NCBI GenBank assembly: GCA_964016885.1
Contig: OZ024741.1
Location: 73,346,001 to 73,410,000 of the forward strand
Source: Eledone cirrhosa
Lineage: Eukaryota
Direction of reading: 5' to 3'
Length of the DNA: 64,000 bases
The notes under the pieces are model-generated. The model made no database searches, was not told the DNA's origin, and worked only from the letters and a program-made list of their open reading frames with translations. This document shows positions 12,406 through 24,514 of this stretch, piece after piece. A program made the translations under genes and the position numbers. How positions within the stretch are numbered: position 1 is the first letter of the stretch; every line of letters starts with the position of its first letter.

Positions 12406-14392
12406 TGGGCTACTATCCTAAGGTTAAAAATCACTGATAAAATAAAATATTGCAGGGGTATATTTCAGGGGGACAGTCTCTCTGTGATATTATTCATCTT
12501 GTCATTAAATCCCTTGTCCTTTCTGCTCAAGAAATGTGAGGGATACATCATTGGCTCACAGGAGGACAGAAGTACGAACCTAACCCGTAATTTCTTTGTG
12601 GAAGATCTGAAACTCTATGCCAAGAACATGGATGGGATGAAGAAAAATCTTGACCTGGTTACAACTTTCTCAAAGGATATAGGAATGGAATTTGGCCAAG
12701 ATAAATGCTCATACATGACTGTAAAGCGGGGAAAAACTACAACCCAATCTAGCACCATTGTCATCAATGGCCTAACTGTTTCACGGATATCTGATGAGGA
12801 CTGCTACAGATAGCTGGGGATAGATGAAAACATATCCTATAATGGTATCTGTAATAAAGAACGCGTAACCAGGGAATACTACACCCGATTAAGAAAGATT
12901 TGGTCATCGGAACTCTCTGCGCAAAACAAAACAGTGGCTCACAATGTGTTTGCTGTGCCTGTCCTAACACCAACGTTTGGAATACTCAATTGGACGATAG
13001 ACGAAATCCGAGCAGTTGATGTTGGAACTCGAAAATTACTGAACAACACAGGAAACTTCCACAACAACAGTGACATGGACCGCCTTTATTGAAACGTAAG
13101 CAGGGAGGCAGAGGCCTAACATCAGTCCAGACAACATTTGAATGTCACATCATATCTCTCCGACAACATCTACGAACCTCGAAGTGTAGGAGCCCGTCTC
13201 TCGAGCAAGTCTATCTGCATGAAACAGATAAGATCATGAGAATTGGGAAGGAACTCCTCGAGAGATATTCCCTGTGTGATAATCAAAAACTCACACCCAG
13301 GGATGTCGCTCAGCAGTATCGCAGTGAATCCATGGATGAAAAACTGCATGCCTATCAGCAAAAAATCATGCATGGATATGTTGCCAAGAAGCTCCAGAGT
13401 GAGAGTAATATAGATAAGGAAAGTATTCTATCTTGGACTAACAACCGCTATATTGGCTCCCACTTTGAAGGATACGCTTTTGCAATCCAAGAACAGGAGA
13501 TTAGCACGAAATACCTGATTCACAAAAGAGATAGGGATGCAGGCAAAACACCTAGATGTGATAACAAGTGCAGACGTGGGCAGAACTAACATCGAGGATA
13601 TCACCCATGTCATCAGCAGCTGTCCAAAGATGTCATCGCGGTACTATCTACTTATGAGGCATGATGTAGTGGCCAAAACACTGTACAATGCAGTTCGTAA
13701 AAAAGATAGCCCCGATAATAAACACATTAAAAGCTACAGCAATGTGGAAGACATCCATGTACATAATATGAAAGAATACTGGTGGAATGTTCCAGTAAAA
13801 ACCCCAATAAAATGCAAGCATAACAGACCAGATATTATGATATGGGACAGGGAGAAGAAAGGATACACAATAGTGGAAATTAGCTGCCCAGCAGATGCCA
13901 ATATAATATCAAAGATTAGTGAAAAGGAGATTATTTATGCAGAACTGGTGAGAAATCTGCAGATATTCCACCCTGATTACACCTTCAGATTTATGCCTGT
14001 GATTATTGGGGCACTGAGATATGTTAGTAACTGCCTCAATACAAATCTTGAGAAGCTAGGCTTCACAGGAACAGAAAGAACACAACTAGTTAGGAAACTA
14101 CAAGTACAATCCATTAATGGAACAGTAATAATATGTAAAACATTCCAAAATTTTTGCATCTAATAACTGCATATACACATGTACAGATACAATGCATATA
14201 CACATGCACACATACAACTCAAAACATACACATCCACACATACAATAACATCCGTATCTACACATGCATGCATACATACTTATCTACCTAGTTGATGTGT
14301 AAATTCCAATGAGATAGTCTTGTGGCTATGTTAGAAACCGACTCTCTCTCTATTGGCAAAAAATTTGTGAAATTATAAAACCAAAAGAACAT
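12406..14392 (+). pseudogene. 5'-truncated R4/Dong-type RLE LINE with a stop and frameshifts
   Basis: GIFQGDSLS, FVEDLKLY (mutated DD motif), stop at 12811, GGRGL, EDITHVISSC, RHD, RPDIMIWD..VEISCP; both ends lie in (TACA)n. Confidence 0.92.
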
Positions 14393-14828
14393 ACATACAT
14401 ACATACATACATGCATGATGCACGCCTAACTAGTTGAGGCTGTCTAAATTCCAATGAATGAAGCTTGTTTTGTGCTAGAAACCGCCTCTTTTTCTATGGT
14501 GAGATATATGTATATGTAAAATGAAACCAACAGAACATATATATTAATCTAAGGTTCAGTTAGGTCTCTCTGCTTGAGCTCAGTGCAAGTTTAGTCAGCT
14601 GGCACGAACTGCACAAATACATTATTTAGAAAAATACAAATACCAAAATCACATGTGTTTTGAATATGTATATATGCATTATATGTATATGTATGTATGT
14701 ATGTAGGCATACATGTATGTGTGCATGTATGTATGTGTGCATGTATGTTTTCTCTTTCTCTTAATTTTGAGTATATTTTTTTGACCGGCCACCTTCCTGG
14801 TGGCAAGGTTGTAAAAGAAAAGAAATTG

Positions 14829-17800
14829 TCATCCCTTGAATCGCAAGAATGTTTTGCATATTTTGAAGGTGCCAGGTATCGCAGCCATTTGTAGACTATG
14901 AATTAGGGAGCTGCGCTTTTTGTCCGCAAATCCAAGTTCAGTCATACTTTGGTCCAAGCGGGTTGGTATATAACCCGTAGCACCAATAATGATGGGTATG
15001 AAGCTAAAGGTGTATCTTGGATACTGGATTTGTAAACTCCTCATCAATGGTCCGTAGATGTCCTCCTTCTCCTGTATTTTTCTGACAACGTTTACATCAA
15101 GTGGGCAGCTGATCTCCACAACAGAACACGTTTTCAATGTGTGGTCCCAAACTACAATATCAGGCCGGTTGTGCTTTAATCTGGTGGCAGTTTTTATTGT
15201 CAGGTTCCACCAGTATTCCTTAGTGCCATCTGTCTCAATATATTCTTCCTCGTTTGTTGTTAATTTTGTTTTCCGAAGTGCGTTCCAGATGGTTCTAGCT
15301 ATCCCATCGTGTCTCATGGGGAGGTAGTAGCGAGATGACATTCTTTCGCAGCTGGCAACAATGTGGCTTACATCCTCGATCTTTGTTTTACATAGCCTAC
15401 ATTTATTGTCAGCTGCTGGCCCTCCTCTTTTGTGCAGCAGATATTTGGTAGGGAGTTCTTGTTCCTGTATTGCATAGAGATATCCCTCAAGGTGTGATGT
15501 CATAAACTTGTCGGAACTCCATGCCAGGCTTTTTGAGTGGTTTATCCCCTCTATGGTCTGTGTTTTACGCCTCAAGTATCCATGCACAACTTTTTCTGTA
15601 AATTGGTCAATTTTTTTTTCTTGTTTGAACATTGAATAGGATCTTCCGATTTCTCTGGGTGAGAGATTTATATCGGGCTTTATTCCATATCTCTCCTCCA
15701 GATCAGTCGCTATTCTAATGATATTTCTTTTTTCATGGTCATAAACCTGGGCAAGATGGTTGCCAACCTTTTTCCTCTGTTGAAGGTGTTGCTTCAGTGT
15801 CACTATCCGGGTCTCATATGTTGTTAATATTGATTTTAGACCCCGGCCACCTTCCTTGCGTGAGAAGTATAGCCTATCCACATCACCATTGATGTTAAAG
15901 TTACCAGTAACACTGAGAAGTTTTCGAGTTCTAACATCCATCTCACTTAGTTCTTGCAATGACCAGTTCAGTAGGCCAAATGTTGGCGTTAGAATTGGCA
16001 CAGCATAGGTATTGTGGGCAATGTATTTGTTGTACGCTGACAGTTCTGATGACCATATTTTCTTTACTCTTCTGAGGTATTCAGTTCTGGTTTTCTCCTT
16101 ATTTATGGGTCCATCATATCTGACATTCTCATCCTGTCCAAGATATCTGTAGTTGTCACCTGACTGCAGAGGTTGTATTGTCAGGCCGTTCATCTCTAGA
16201 TTTCTAGAGGAGGGCACAGCTCTTCCACGTTTTACTGCCAAATATGCACACTTGGACTCACCAAATTTCATTTTGATGTCGGTTGAAAATTGTGTAATGA
16301 GGTCCAATTGTTTCTTGATGTCATTGATATTTGGCCCATACAACTTCAGGTCATCAACAAAGAAAAGATGGGAGATACTTCTGGTCCCACTTCTTTGTCG
16401 ACCTTGTTTCCTGAGTAGGTAAGATAGTGGATTCAGTGAGAGAACGAAGAGTAGCACCGACAAGCTATCACCCTGAAAGATGCCCTTCTGGTAATGTATC
16501 TTATCAGTCCTAACCTGCTCCTTCTCACCTCTAAGGATCAAACTGGTGTACCAGTTCTTGGTCAGGCGTTCAACAGCAGCTACCAATGGTTGTGGGACTT
16601 TAGCTAACTGTAAAGCCTTAACAATCCACCCATGAGGTACACTATCAAATGCTTTTTGATAGTCCAGCCACACGACAGTCATGTTTCTGCGATTCTTTGT
16701 TGTTTTTTCCTGAATCATTTTGTTAGTTAGTAGGTGATCTATGCAACCCCACACCTCCCTCTTTCCACCAGCTTGCTCAGGTGTTATGATGTTGTTGGTA
16801 GCACAGTGATCCTGTAAGAACAGGTTAAGGCACCCAGTATATAATTTATACATGATGTTTTGGCAGGCAATTGGGCGGTAATTTTTAGCAAGGGTGGTTT
16901 GGCTATTTTGGGGAATGAGGAGAGTAGAGGCAGTTGATAACCATCTGGGCAGTTCTTGTGTGCCCTTAATGGTTTCTGTAAACAGCCGTATGAGATCTTG
17001 CCGATAGAAAGTGAAATTCTTCAACCAGTATCCTGTAATGAGGTCTGGGCCTGGCGATTTCCTATTCGACATTTTCTGTAGAGCTGTTTCCAGTATTGAC
17101 CCATCTATGTCATATTGTTTTGTCTGGACATGTTGGCAGTAGTCCTGTTCCAGTTCTTTTAGCCAATTAGCTTGTCTGTTGAATCCGTCATCCGTTTCCC
17201 ATACAGATCTCCAGTAGCTCTCAACCTGTTCTTTTGAAGGGGTGTCATTTACAGAGATTGAGCTTTTGCCACCGAAGCTGCGATAAACTGATTTAGGATC
17301 TCTGGCAAACAATCTATTTAGCACTTGTCGTTTATGTGCTGTTGACTTATATTTTAGTCTTTCTGTTGTAGCTGTGAGTTGTTGTTTCAACTGGTGTAAT
17401 TTGGAGTTCAAAGTTTTAAATTTTGTATCTCCAAATCTTCTCTCTAACTTTTTCTTTAGGTCTTCCTGGTGTTGTGTGAAGTTGCTCTCTATGTTGCATT
17501 TCATAACGACTGCGATGTGTGAGATACTTCGTCTCAGGGACAAAATTTTGGTTTTTAAATTTCGCATCCACGCTGGTTCAGGCTTTCTGTTTGTATCTTG
17601 ATTGCGTGGTTTTAGATGTGTGTTATATGCTAGCAATGTGACAGCTGAAACATATAACAAAACATTAAGCGTTTCAAATGTCGTTTCTACACCTTTAGAT
17701 CGTATAGCCTTCAGATAATTGCCAGCTATTTCGTTCACCGCTTCCAATTCCAATTTAGTGGGTTCTTTACTGACTCTAGTGTTGTATGGTCTGTCACTCA

Positions 17801-18008
17801 CATTAAGGCTGTGTATCTCTTGAAACATATCATTCCATATCACTTGTAGGGAGCCCACAAGTTTTTGGTGCTCTGTTTGTTCAGTAGTCATGAATTTCAG
17901 CCTCGTTGTTGATGTGGTGACAATTACTACTAGAGTCAGCTGACCCTTCTCGCTGTTCTTCAGTGGAAGTGGGATGAATTTCAGCAAAATTGTTGGTGAG
18001 CTGTTCAC
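14829..18008 (-). CDS. Reverse transcriptase, CCHC finger and restriction-like endonuclease
   Basis: NYRPIAC, EQAG, WLDYQKAFDSVPH, GIFQGDSLS, HLFFVDDLKLY, YRYLG, CRLC..HIVASC, RHD, RPDIVVWD..VEISCP..KEDIY. Confidence 0.95.
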   Translation of the reverse strand: MNSSPTILLKFIPLPLKNSEKGQLTLVVIVTTSTTRLKFMTTEQTEHQKLVGSLQVIWNDMFQEIHSLNVSDRPYNTRVSKEPTKLELEAVNEIAGNYLKAIRSKGVETTFETLNVLLYVSAVTLLAYNTHLKPRNQDTNRKPEPAWMRNLKTKILSLRRSISHIAVVMKCNIESNFTQHQEDLKKKLERRFGDTKFKTLNSKLHQLKQQLTATTERLKYKSTAHKRQVLNRLFARDPKSVYRSFGGKSSISVNDTPSKEQVESYWRSVWETDDGFNRQANWLKELEQDYCQHVQTKQYDIDGSILETALQKMSNRKSPGPDLITGYWLKNFTFYRQDLIRLFTETIKGTQELPRWLSTASTLLIPQNSQTTLAKNYRPIACQNIMYKLYTGCLNLFLQDHCATNNIITPEQAGGKREVWGCIDHLLTNKMIQEKTTKNRRNMTVVWLDYQKAFDSVPHGWIVKALQLAKVPQPLVAAVERLTKNWYTSLILRGEKEQVRTDKIHYQKGIFQGDSLSVLLFVLSLNPLSYLLRKQGRQRSGTRSISHLFFVDDLKLYGPNINDIKKQLDLITQFSTDIKMKFGESKCAYLAVKRGRAVPSSRNLEMNGLTIQPLQSGDNYRYLGQDENVRYDGPINKEKTRTEYLRRVKKIWSSELSAYNKYIAHNTYAVPILTPTFGLLNWSLQELSEMDVRTRKLLSVTGNFNINGDVDRLYFSRKEGGRGLKSILTTYETRIVTLKQHLQQRKKVGNHLAQVYDHEKRNIIRIATDLEERYGIKPDINLSPREIGRSYSMFKQEKKIDQFTEKVVHGYLRRKTQTIEGINHSKSLAWSSDKFMTSHLEGYLYAIQEQELPTKYLLHKRGGPAADNKCRLCKTKIEDVSHIVASCERMSSRYYLPMRHDGIARTIWNALRKTKLTTNEEEYIETDGTKEYWWNLTIKTATRLKHNRPDIVVWDHTLKTCSVVEISCPLDVNVVRKIQEKEDIYGPLMRSLQIQYPRYTFSFIPIIIGATGYIPTRLDQSMTELGFADKKRSSLIHSLQMAAIPGTFKICKTFLRFKG

Positions 18009-18336
18009 TGTTAGATTTAGCTGGCCATTCTCTTTGTCTGTCAGTGGAGGTGGGGTGGTTGTCTACAAGGGCTGTATTTGTAGTATCACTCGATTCCGTT
18101 AGATGTATCAATTTACATCTAATGATACGTTTTGCCTGTTCATTTAAATGCTTTGGAGAAAAGTCTAATTCTGGGTGTTTGGAGTTCCATAAAGTTTTTA
18201 GCCTTTGCATAAAACCGAACTTTTGGGGTTCAGATTGTTTGTATGCTTCATATAATACTTTGTTAAGCTCGTAGGTCCACTGTGTACAACGGTTGTAATT
18301 GCGATTTGGTCGAAGGAGACTTGTACTTTTTGCCAT
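17881..18336 (-). CDS. N-terminal part of the same LINE ORF, separated by a frameshift within 17881-18008
   Basis: ATG-initiated 151-aa ORF overlapping the RT ORF; removing one base near 17893 joins NEAEI to MTTEQ. Confidence 0.75.
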   Translation of the reverse strand: MAKSTSLLRPNRNYNRCTQWTYELNKVLYEAYKQSEPQKFGFMQRLKTLWNSKHPELDFSPKHLNEQAKRIIRCKLIHLTESSDTTNTALVDNHPTSTDRQREWPAKSNSEQLTNNFAEIHPTSTEEQREGSADSSSNCHHINNEAEIHDY

Positions 18337-18924
18337 GATGAGTTCGTCTATTCACTAATATTTCGTATTTATTTTTCAAAATAGTCGATGATCTTCTTTA
18401 AAAGTTACGACAAAGTTCTGTCAGAATCAAATTTAAAGTTATTCACAGCTTGAGTAATATTTCTTTTCAGTTAGTTTTTAATTCTACAACTGTGTTTTAT
18501 ATAAATGTAATATTTCTTTATAAATGTAATATAACAACGTTGCATTTATATGTTAAAGTGTATGTATCGTTCATATATCATAAGTGTATGTATCGTTCAT
18601 ATAAATAGGTGTTTTACAACACACTTACAGTTCAAACATTTATGTAGAATTATTGTATGTAATCTTACCGCGTAATGTAGCTCAACTTTTTCCAATATAT
18701 GGTATGTTGCCTTCATGTAAGCCGTAATTACACACGTCCGATTATCGGACACTGACCACAACGGTCGCCATTTTATGTATGTATGTAGGTCGCCATTTTA
18801 TGTATGTATGTATGTATGTATGTATGTATGTATGTATGTATCTATTGTCATTACTGGCGTTGTAGTTGCTATTATTGTTGCTGTAATGGTTATTGTTACT
18901 ATTATTATTTCCTTTTATGTTGGA

Positions 18925-19681
18925 TCGCTCTTGAGTGCTACTGGTAAGATGTAACCCAGCACAACCTGTCGCATAGTCGGGTCGTCGGTGACTAAACCGG
19001 CGACCCCACCAAGTTTACATGGTGAAGGTGTGGGGGGGGGGGGAGGTGTTGGCCACCCTGCAGGACAAAAAACAGAACCTGACAAAGGGCGGAAGAACTC
19101 ACAAGAGTCAACGGCCATCCAAAAGTGTGTAAATATGTATATATACACATGTACATATGTATGTATATGTGTATGTACATGGGTGCATGTGTATGTATAT
19201 GCGCGGGGACATAGAAAAGGTCGGGCTGGGCACCCGATCGCGCGGTTAAACCACTGGGAGTGAAGGATCCCTAACCTTTGTCAATGCATCTTCCTAGAAG
19301 AAGGCAACTCAGGAAACTGGGATAACTCCGATATATAACCTGCAGCTCAGTAGTTACCGATGATGTTGATCTTTTCTTCTTTTCGGGTTATAGCTACTGT
19401 CGCTCAGAGAGTGGGATTAGCTCAGTGCACAGTCTTTCCTCATTTAAAAAAATATCTTCACGCACAGGCATTGTACGATAGAATTAATTAATAATTATTA
19501 ATAATGGTATATCGTGCAATGGCCATACTCAATAACGAGGGGGCAGCCATCGTCATATGTATGCATGTATGTATGTATGCATGTGTGTATATATAAGGGC
19601 GGAAGAAGTCATAAGAGTCAACGGTCATCCAAAAATGTGTAAATATGTATATGCATTTGTATATATATATATACACACACA

Positions 19682-19724
<43 letters not shown>

Positions 19725-20100
19725 CTATGTATGCATGTGTATGTATATGCGCGGGGAATTAGATATAATCAGGCTGGATACCCGATCGCGCGGTTAAACC
19801 ACTGGGAGTGAAGGACCCCGTAGCCTTTATCAGGGCTTTCTTCTAGGAGAAGGCAACTCAGGAAACTGGGATAACGCCGACATAAAACCTACGGCTCAGT
19901 AGTAACCAATGATGTTGATATTTTCTTCTTTTCGGGGTATAGATACTGTCGCTCAGAGAGTGGGATTGGCTCAGTGCACAGTCCTTCTTCAATTTAAAAA
20001 AAAGTCTTGACGCACAGGTATTGCACGATAGCTTAGTTGATAATAACTAATAATGTTATATCTTGAAATAGCCATACTCGATAACGAGGGGGCTGCCATC
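18925..20100 (+). mobile_element. Sister family of the bipartite RTE-derived element, about 1.5 tandem copies with internal microsatellite
   Basis: Head 18935-19125 resembles 20380-20555; 19200-19552 and 19745-20100 are direct repeats ending CCATACTC.ATAACGAGGGGGC.GCCATC, similar to the RTE tail. Confidence 0.65.
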
Positions 20101-20374
20101 ATGTATGTATGTATGAATGTATGTATGTATGTATGTATGTACTACTAGACGCCAGCTCCATCACTGCCATCAACCACTACACCCAGCCACCACTGCCACT
20201 ACTAGCGACGAGACACCATGTATTGAGTCCGTAATTGGAATATTATCATTTGATTGTATGTGTGTAGGCATCCGTATGTATATGTATGTATATATATACA
20301 TGTGTATGTATGTGTGTAGACAGGCATCTATGTCTGTGTGTATGTATGTATATGGATATATATATATATGTCTG

Positions 20375-20970
20375 TGTTGGTGCTACTGGTAACATGCATC
20401 CCGTTACAACCTGTCCCATGGTCGGGTCGTTGGCGACTAAACTGGCAGCCACACCAAGGTTTCTTGGTGAGGAGGGTGACTTTGGACATCCTGCAGGACT
20501 AAAAACAAAACCTGTCAAAGGGCAAAGGAGCTCTTAAGAGTCAATGGCCATCCAAAATCACCGGGAGAGATGACTCCGTAGCCTTTGTCAAGGCAGAATT
20601 CTAGAAGGAAAACTCTGATATAACACCTGCAACCCTGATGGTATCCAATGATGTTGACATGTTCTTCTTTTTGGTAAATATCATCTTGGTTAAGAGAGCG
20701 GGACTGGCTTTGTGCAGTGTCTTTGCTCACTATAAAAGCTTCACGGCACAGGCATTGCTTTATATCTGGAGATCTCTCTGCACTTGTCGTCACATGGTAC
20801 CATTGGCCCAGCACTATGTGTCAATAATTGTCACAAGTGTAGTGTTTGTACCAGAGTTTTCATGTCGCTGGCTGGACTAAAATGTCACACTTGTTCAGCG
20901 CATCGGTAGGGGTTCTCCTACATGGATATAAAGTAGTGGCCGTACTCGAAAATGAGTTGGCAGCCACCAT
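20375..20970 (+). mobile_element. Bipartite RTE-derived non-autonomous element
   Basis: About 410-bp non-coding head fused at ~20789 to the last ~180 bp of the RTE LINE. Confidence 0.8.
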
Positions 20971-21190
20971 GTATGTATGTATGTATGTATGCATGTATGT
21001 ACGTATGCATGTATGACCTGATATGTATGTACGTATGCATGTATGACCTGACATGTATGTGTGTGTGTGTGTATATGTGTATATATGTATGTATATATAT
21101 ATATGTATATGTGTGTATGTATGTGTATATGTGTATATATATATATATGTATATATATATGTATATATATATAGTATGTATATGTGTATG

Positions 21191-21230
<40 letters not shown>

Positions 21231-21239
21231 TATACATGC

Positions 21240-21333
<94 letters not shown>

Positions 21334-21439
21334 GTGCATGTATATATATATATACATATGTGTATATATATGGATGTATATATAAATATACATACATATA
21401 TGTATATACATGCATATGTGTATATGCATATATATATAT

Positions 21440-22026
21440 ATGGTGGCTGCCAACTCGTTTTCGAGTACGGCCACTACTTTATATCCATGTAGGAGAACCC
21501 CTACCGATACGCTGAACGAGTGTGACTTTTTAGTCCAGCCAGAGACTTGAAAACTCTGGTACAAACACTACACTTGTGACAATTACTGACACATAGTACT
21601 GGGCCCATGGTACCATGTGACGACAAGTGCAGAGATCTCCAGATATAAAGCAATGCCTGTGCCGTGAAGCTTTTATAGTGAGCAAAGGCACTGCACAAAG
21701 CCAGTCCCACTCTCTTAACCAAGATGATATTTACCAAAAAGAAGAACAAGTCAACATCATTTGACACCATCAGGGTTGCAGGTGTTATATCAGAGTTTTC
21801 CTTCTCCTAGAATTCTGCCTTGACAAAGGCTAAGGGGTCATCTCTCCCGGTGATTTTGGATGGCCATTGACTCTTAAGAGCTCCTTTGCTCTTTGACAGG
21901 TTTTGTTTTAGTCCTGCAGGATGTCCAAAGTCACCCTCCTCACCAAGAAACCTTGGTGGCGTTGCCAGTTTAGTCGCCAACGACCCGACCATGAGACAGG
22001 TTGTACTGGGATACATGTTACTGGGA
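21440..22026 (-). mobile_element. Bipartite RTE-derived non-autonomous element
   Basis: Inverted copy of 20375-20970, tail-to-tail across microsatellite. Confidence 0.8.
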
Positions 22027-22055
22027 TATATATATATATACATATATATACATAC

Positions 22056-22090
<35 letters not shown>

Positions 22091-22232
22091 CATATATATA
22101 TACATATATATATACGTATACATACATATATATATATACAGATATATATATACGTGTATATATATGCGTGTGTATATATACATATATATATCTACATATA
22201 TATATACATGTATATATGTACGTGTATATATA

Positions 22233-22258
<26 letters not shown>

Positions 22259-22263
<5 letters not shown>

Positions 22264-23344
22264 GAATAAAGTTAGTCCTTCATCAGTGATCTTCCAACCA
22301 TCATTGGTATTTCATCGCTTTAAATACCATATACCTGCGGTTGTGCGAGCAACGGCTAATAAAAATCGTTGGAACACGTAAATAAAGAGGACACGAGTGT
22401 AAACAAACAAAGATGGTGAAGCAACGAAAAGTGAGGAAGAAGGTGTCAAGTCCCAAATTTCTATGAATTTAAATTCGGTGAAATCGTGAACGAGAGAGAA
22501 TAAAAACCATCAAACATGGTTGGAATGTGAGCAAGGAAGGAATTCCGTACAGGTCTAACGGGAGGAAGAAGGGATCTAGTCTGTGAATTCGGTGAACGTA
22601 AGTTCTGTGAAATCGTAGACGAGAGAGAGAAAAAAAGCGACCTGCCAGACCAAGGGTGCGAAAGAAAAGAATTACGCACAGGTCAAACGGGAAGAAGGGG
22701 GAGAAGGAGAGGTAGTAACAGAGAATGAGTGAGTGAAGGGTGAGGAAGAGGCTAACAGAGAGAGTGACTGCTAGAGAGGGTAAAGATACAGAGAAAGAGG
22801 AAGCAGTAAGAACGAAATAGACGGGTCGCACCTCACCCTTCACTCACTCATTCTCTGTTACTACCTCTCCTCCCGTTTGACCTGTACGTAATTCTTTTCT
22901 TTCGCACCCTTGGTCTGGCAGGTCGCTTTTTTTCTCTCTCTCGTCTACGATTTCACAGAACTTACGTTCACCGAATTCACAGACTAGATCCCTTCTTCCT
23001 CCCGTTAGACCTGTACGGAATTCCTTCCTTGCTCACATTCCAACCAGGTTTGATGGTCTTTATTCTCTCTCGTTCACGATTTCACCTAATTTAAATTCAT
23101 AGAAATTGGGGACTTGACTCCTTCTTCCTCACTTTTCGTTGCTTCACCATCTTTGTTTGTTTACACTCGTGTCCTCTTTATTTACGTGTCCCAACGACTT
23201 TTTTTAGCCGTTGCTCGCACAACCTGAGGTATATGGTCTTTAAAGCGATGAAATACCAATGATGGTTGGAAGATCACTGATGAAGGACTAACTTTATTCA
23301 TATGTTACCCATTAGCAACCCCGCAGCACGTTTATTCTCATATT

Positions 23345-23348
<4 letters not shown>
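22259..23348. repeat. About 1.1-kb fold-back element: arms 22259-22745 and 22831-23302, 85-bp spacer, right arm extended
   Basis: The arms are reverse complements with few differences; single-arm relative at 59206-59378. Confidence 0.9.
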
Positions 23349-23375
<27 letters not shown>

Positions 23376-23458
23376 ACACGCATATACATACATACATACA
23401 TACATACATACATACATACATACATACATACATACATACATACATACATACATACATA

Positions 23459-23960
23459 CCTTGTGAGCACTGGGAAGCATGCGCTAGCGACCGATCGCAG
23501 TGGAGGAAAGGAGTGGCTAGTGGCAAGGGTCTATTTGAGGAAACAAGAAGAAGGCATGCGACACTAAAAAGAGATGTCCGGAAAGGAATCCATGTTGGCT
23601 TTCCCGAAGGCACTGACAGACGGCCTGACCTGACATGTGAGACCTGTAATAGGGTTTGTCTGAATATGGCAGGTCTAAAGAGTGAACAAGAACAGGGAAG
23701 CAGGCACCTGTGGAGCTATAAGTGTTCATCAGACGACGACATGTGATGTTTGTGGAAGGCTATGCATGTCACACTTCGGGTCACATGGTACCATGGGTCC
23801 AGCACTATGTGTCAATAATTGTCACAAGTGTAGTGTTTGTACCAGAGTTTTCAAGTCGCTGGCTGGACTAAAAAGTCACACTCGTTCAGCGCATCGGTAG
23901 GGGTTCTCCTACATGGATATAAAGTAGTGGCCGTCTCGAAAACGAGTTGGCAGCCACCAT
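23459..23960 (+). pseudogene. 3' fragment of an RTE-clade LINE
   Basis: WEACASDRSQWRKGV...FEETRR..KR..RK followed by C2H2-like fingers ([28 protein letters not shown]), typical of RTE C-termini. Confidence 0.8.
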
Positions 23961-24009
23961 GTACGTACATATATATCTAGCTGTATGTGAATACGCGTGT
24001 GTGTATTTA

Positions 24010-24308
24010 TGAAGGCACGTAGCTTTAGAGTATTCGGCGTGACCCTGATTACCGGCATTACGTTGCATCCTTGAGCAAGACACTTTATTTCATTTTGCTC
24101 CAGTCCACTCAGCTGGCAAAAATGTGTTGTACCTGTAATTCGAATTGCCAGGCTTCTCACGTTCGGTGTCACGCTGAATCTGCTTGGGAATTAGATTACG
24201 GTTGCGTGCTTGTGAAATGCTCAGCCACTTGCACGTTAATTTCACGAACAGGCTGTTCTGTTGATCATATCAACTAGAACACTCGTCGTTGTAACTGACA
24301 GAGTACCA
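24010..24308 (+). mobile_element. tRNA-derived SINE family B
   Basis: CTTGAGCAAGACACTTT and TGTCACGCTGAATC..TGCTCAGCCACTTGCACGTTAATTTCACG body shared with other copies. Confidence 0.7.
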
Positions 24309-24319
24309 GTTTATCATTC

Positions 24320-24353
<34 letters not shown>

Positions 24354-24514
24354 ATATATATATATACGTATTTAAGAAAGCCACAACAATGCAGAGGGAA
24401 ATCTCGAGGTAGGAAGTGAAAGATAGATAGGAAAAACAGGTGAAAGTGAAAATTGAGAGAGACAAAGATGAAAACAAAACAAAGGTAGAAGGGTTACCGT
24501 AGTAGAGATTTAAT

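Larger units (their letters stand above)
14746..18774 (-). mobile_element. Near full-length R4/Dong-type RLE non-LTR retrotransposon
   Basis: About 440-bp 5' UTR, long ORF with one frameshift, short 3' UTR; flanked by (TACA)n-type repeats. Confidence 0.9.

Noticed and set aside
14300-14500. TGA...GAAAC in LINE 3' tails as a ribozyme
   Set aside because: No CUGANGA core or consistent stems.
23222-23300. Hammerhead around CTGATGA in the palindrome arm
   Set aside because: No GAAA closing stem II downstream, and permuted folds did not give valid stems.
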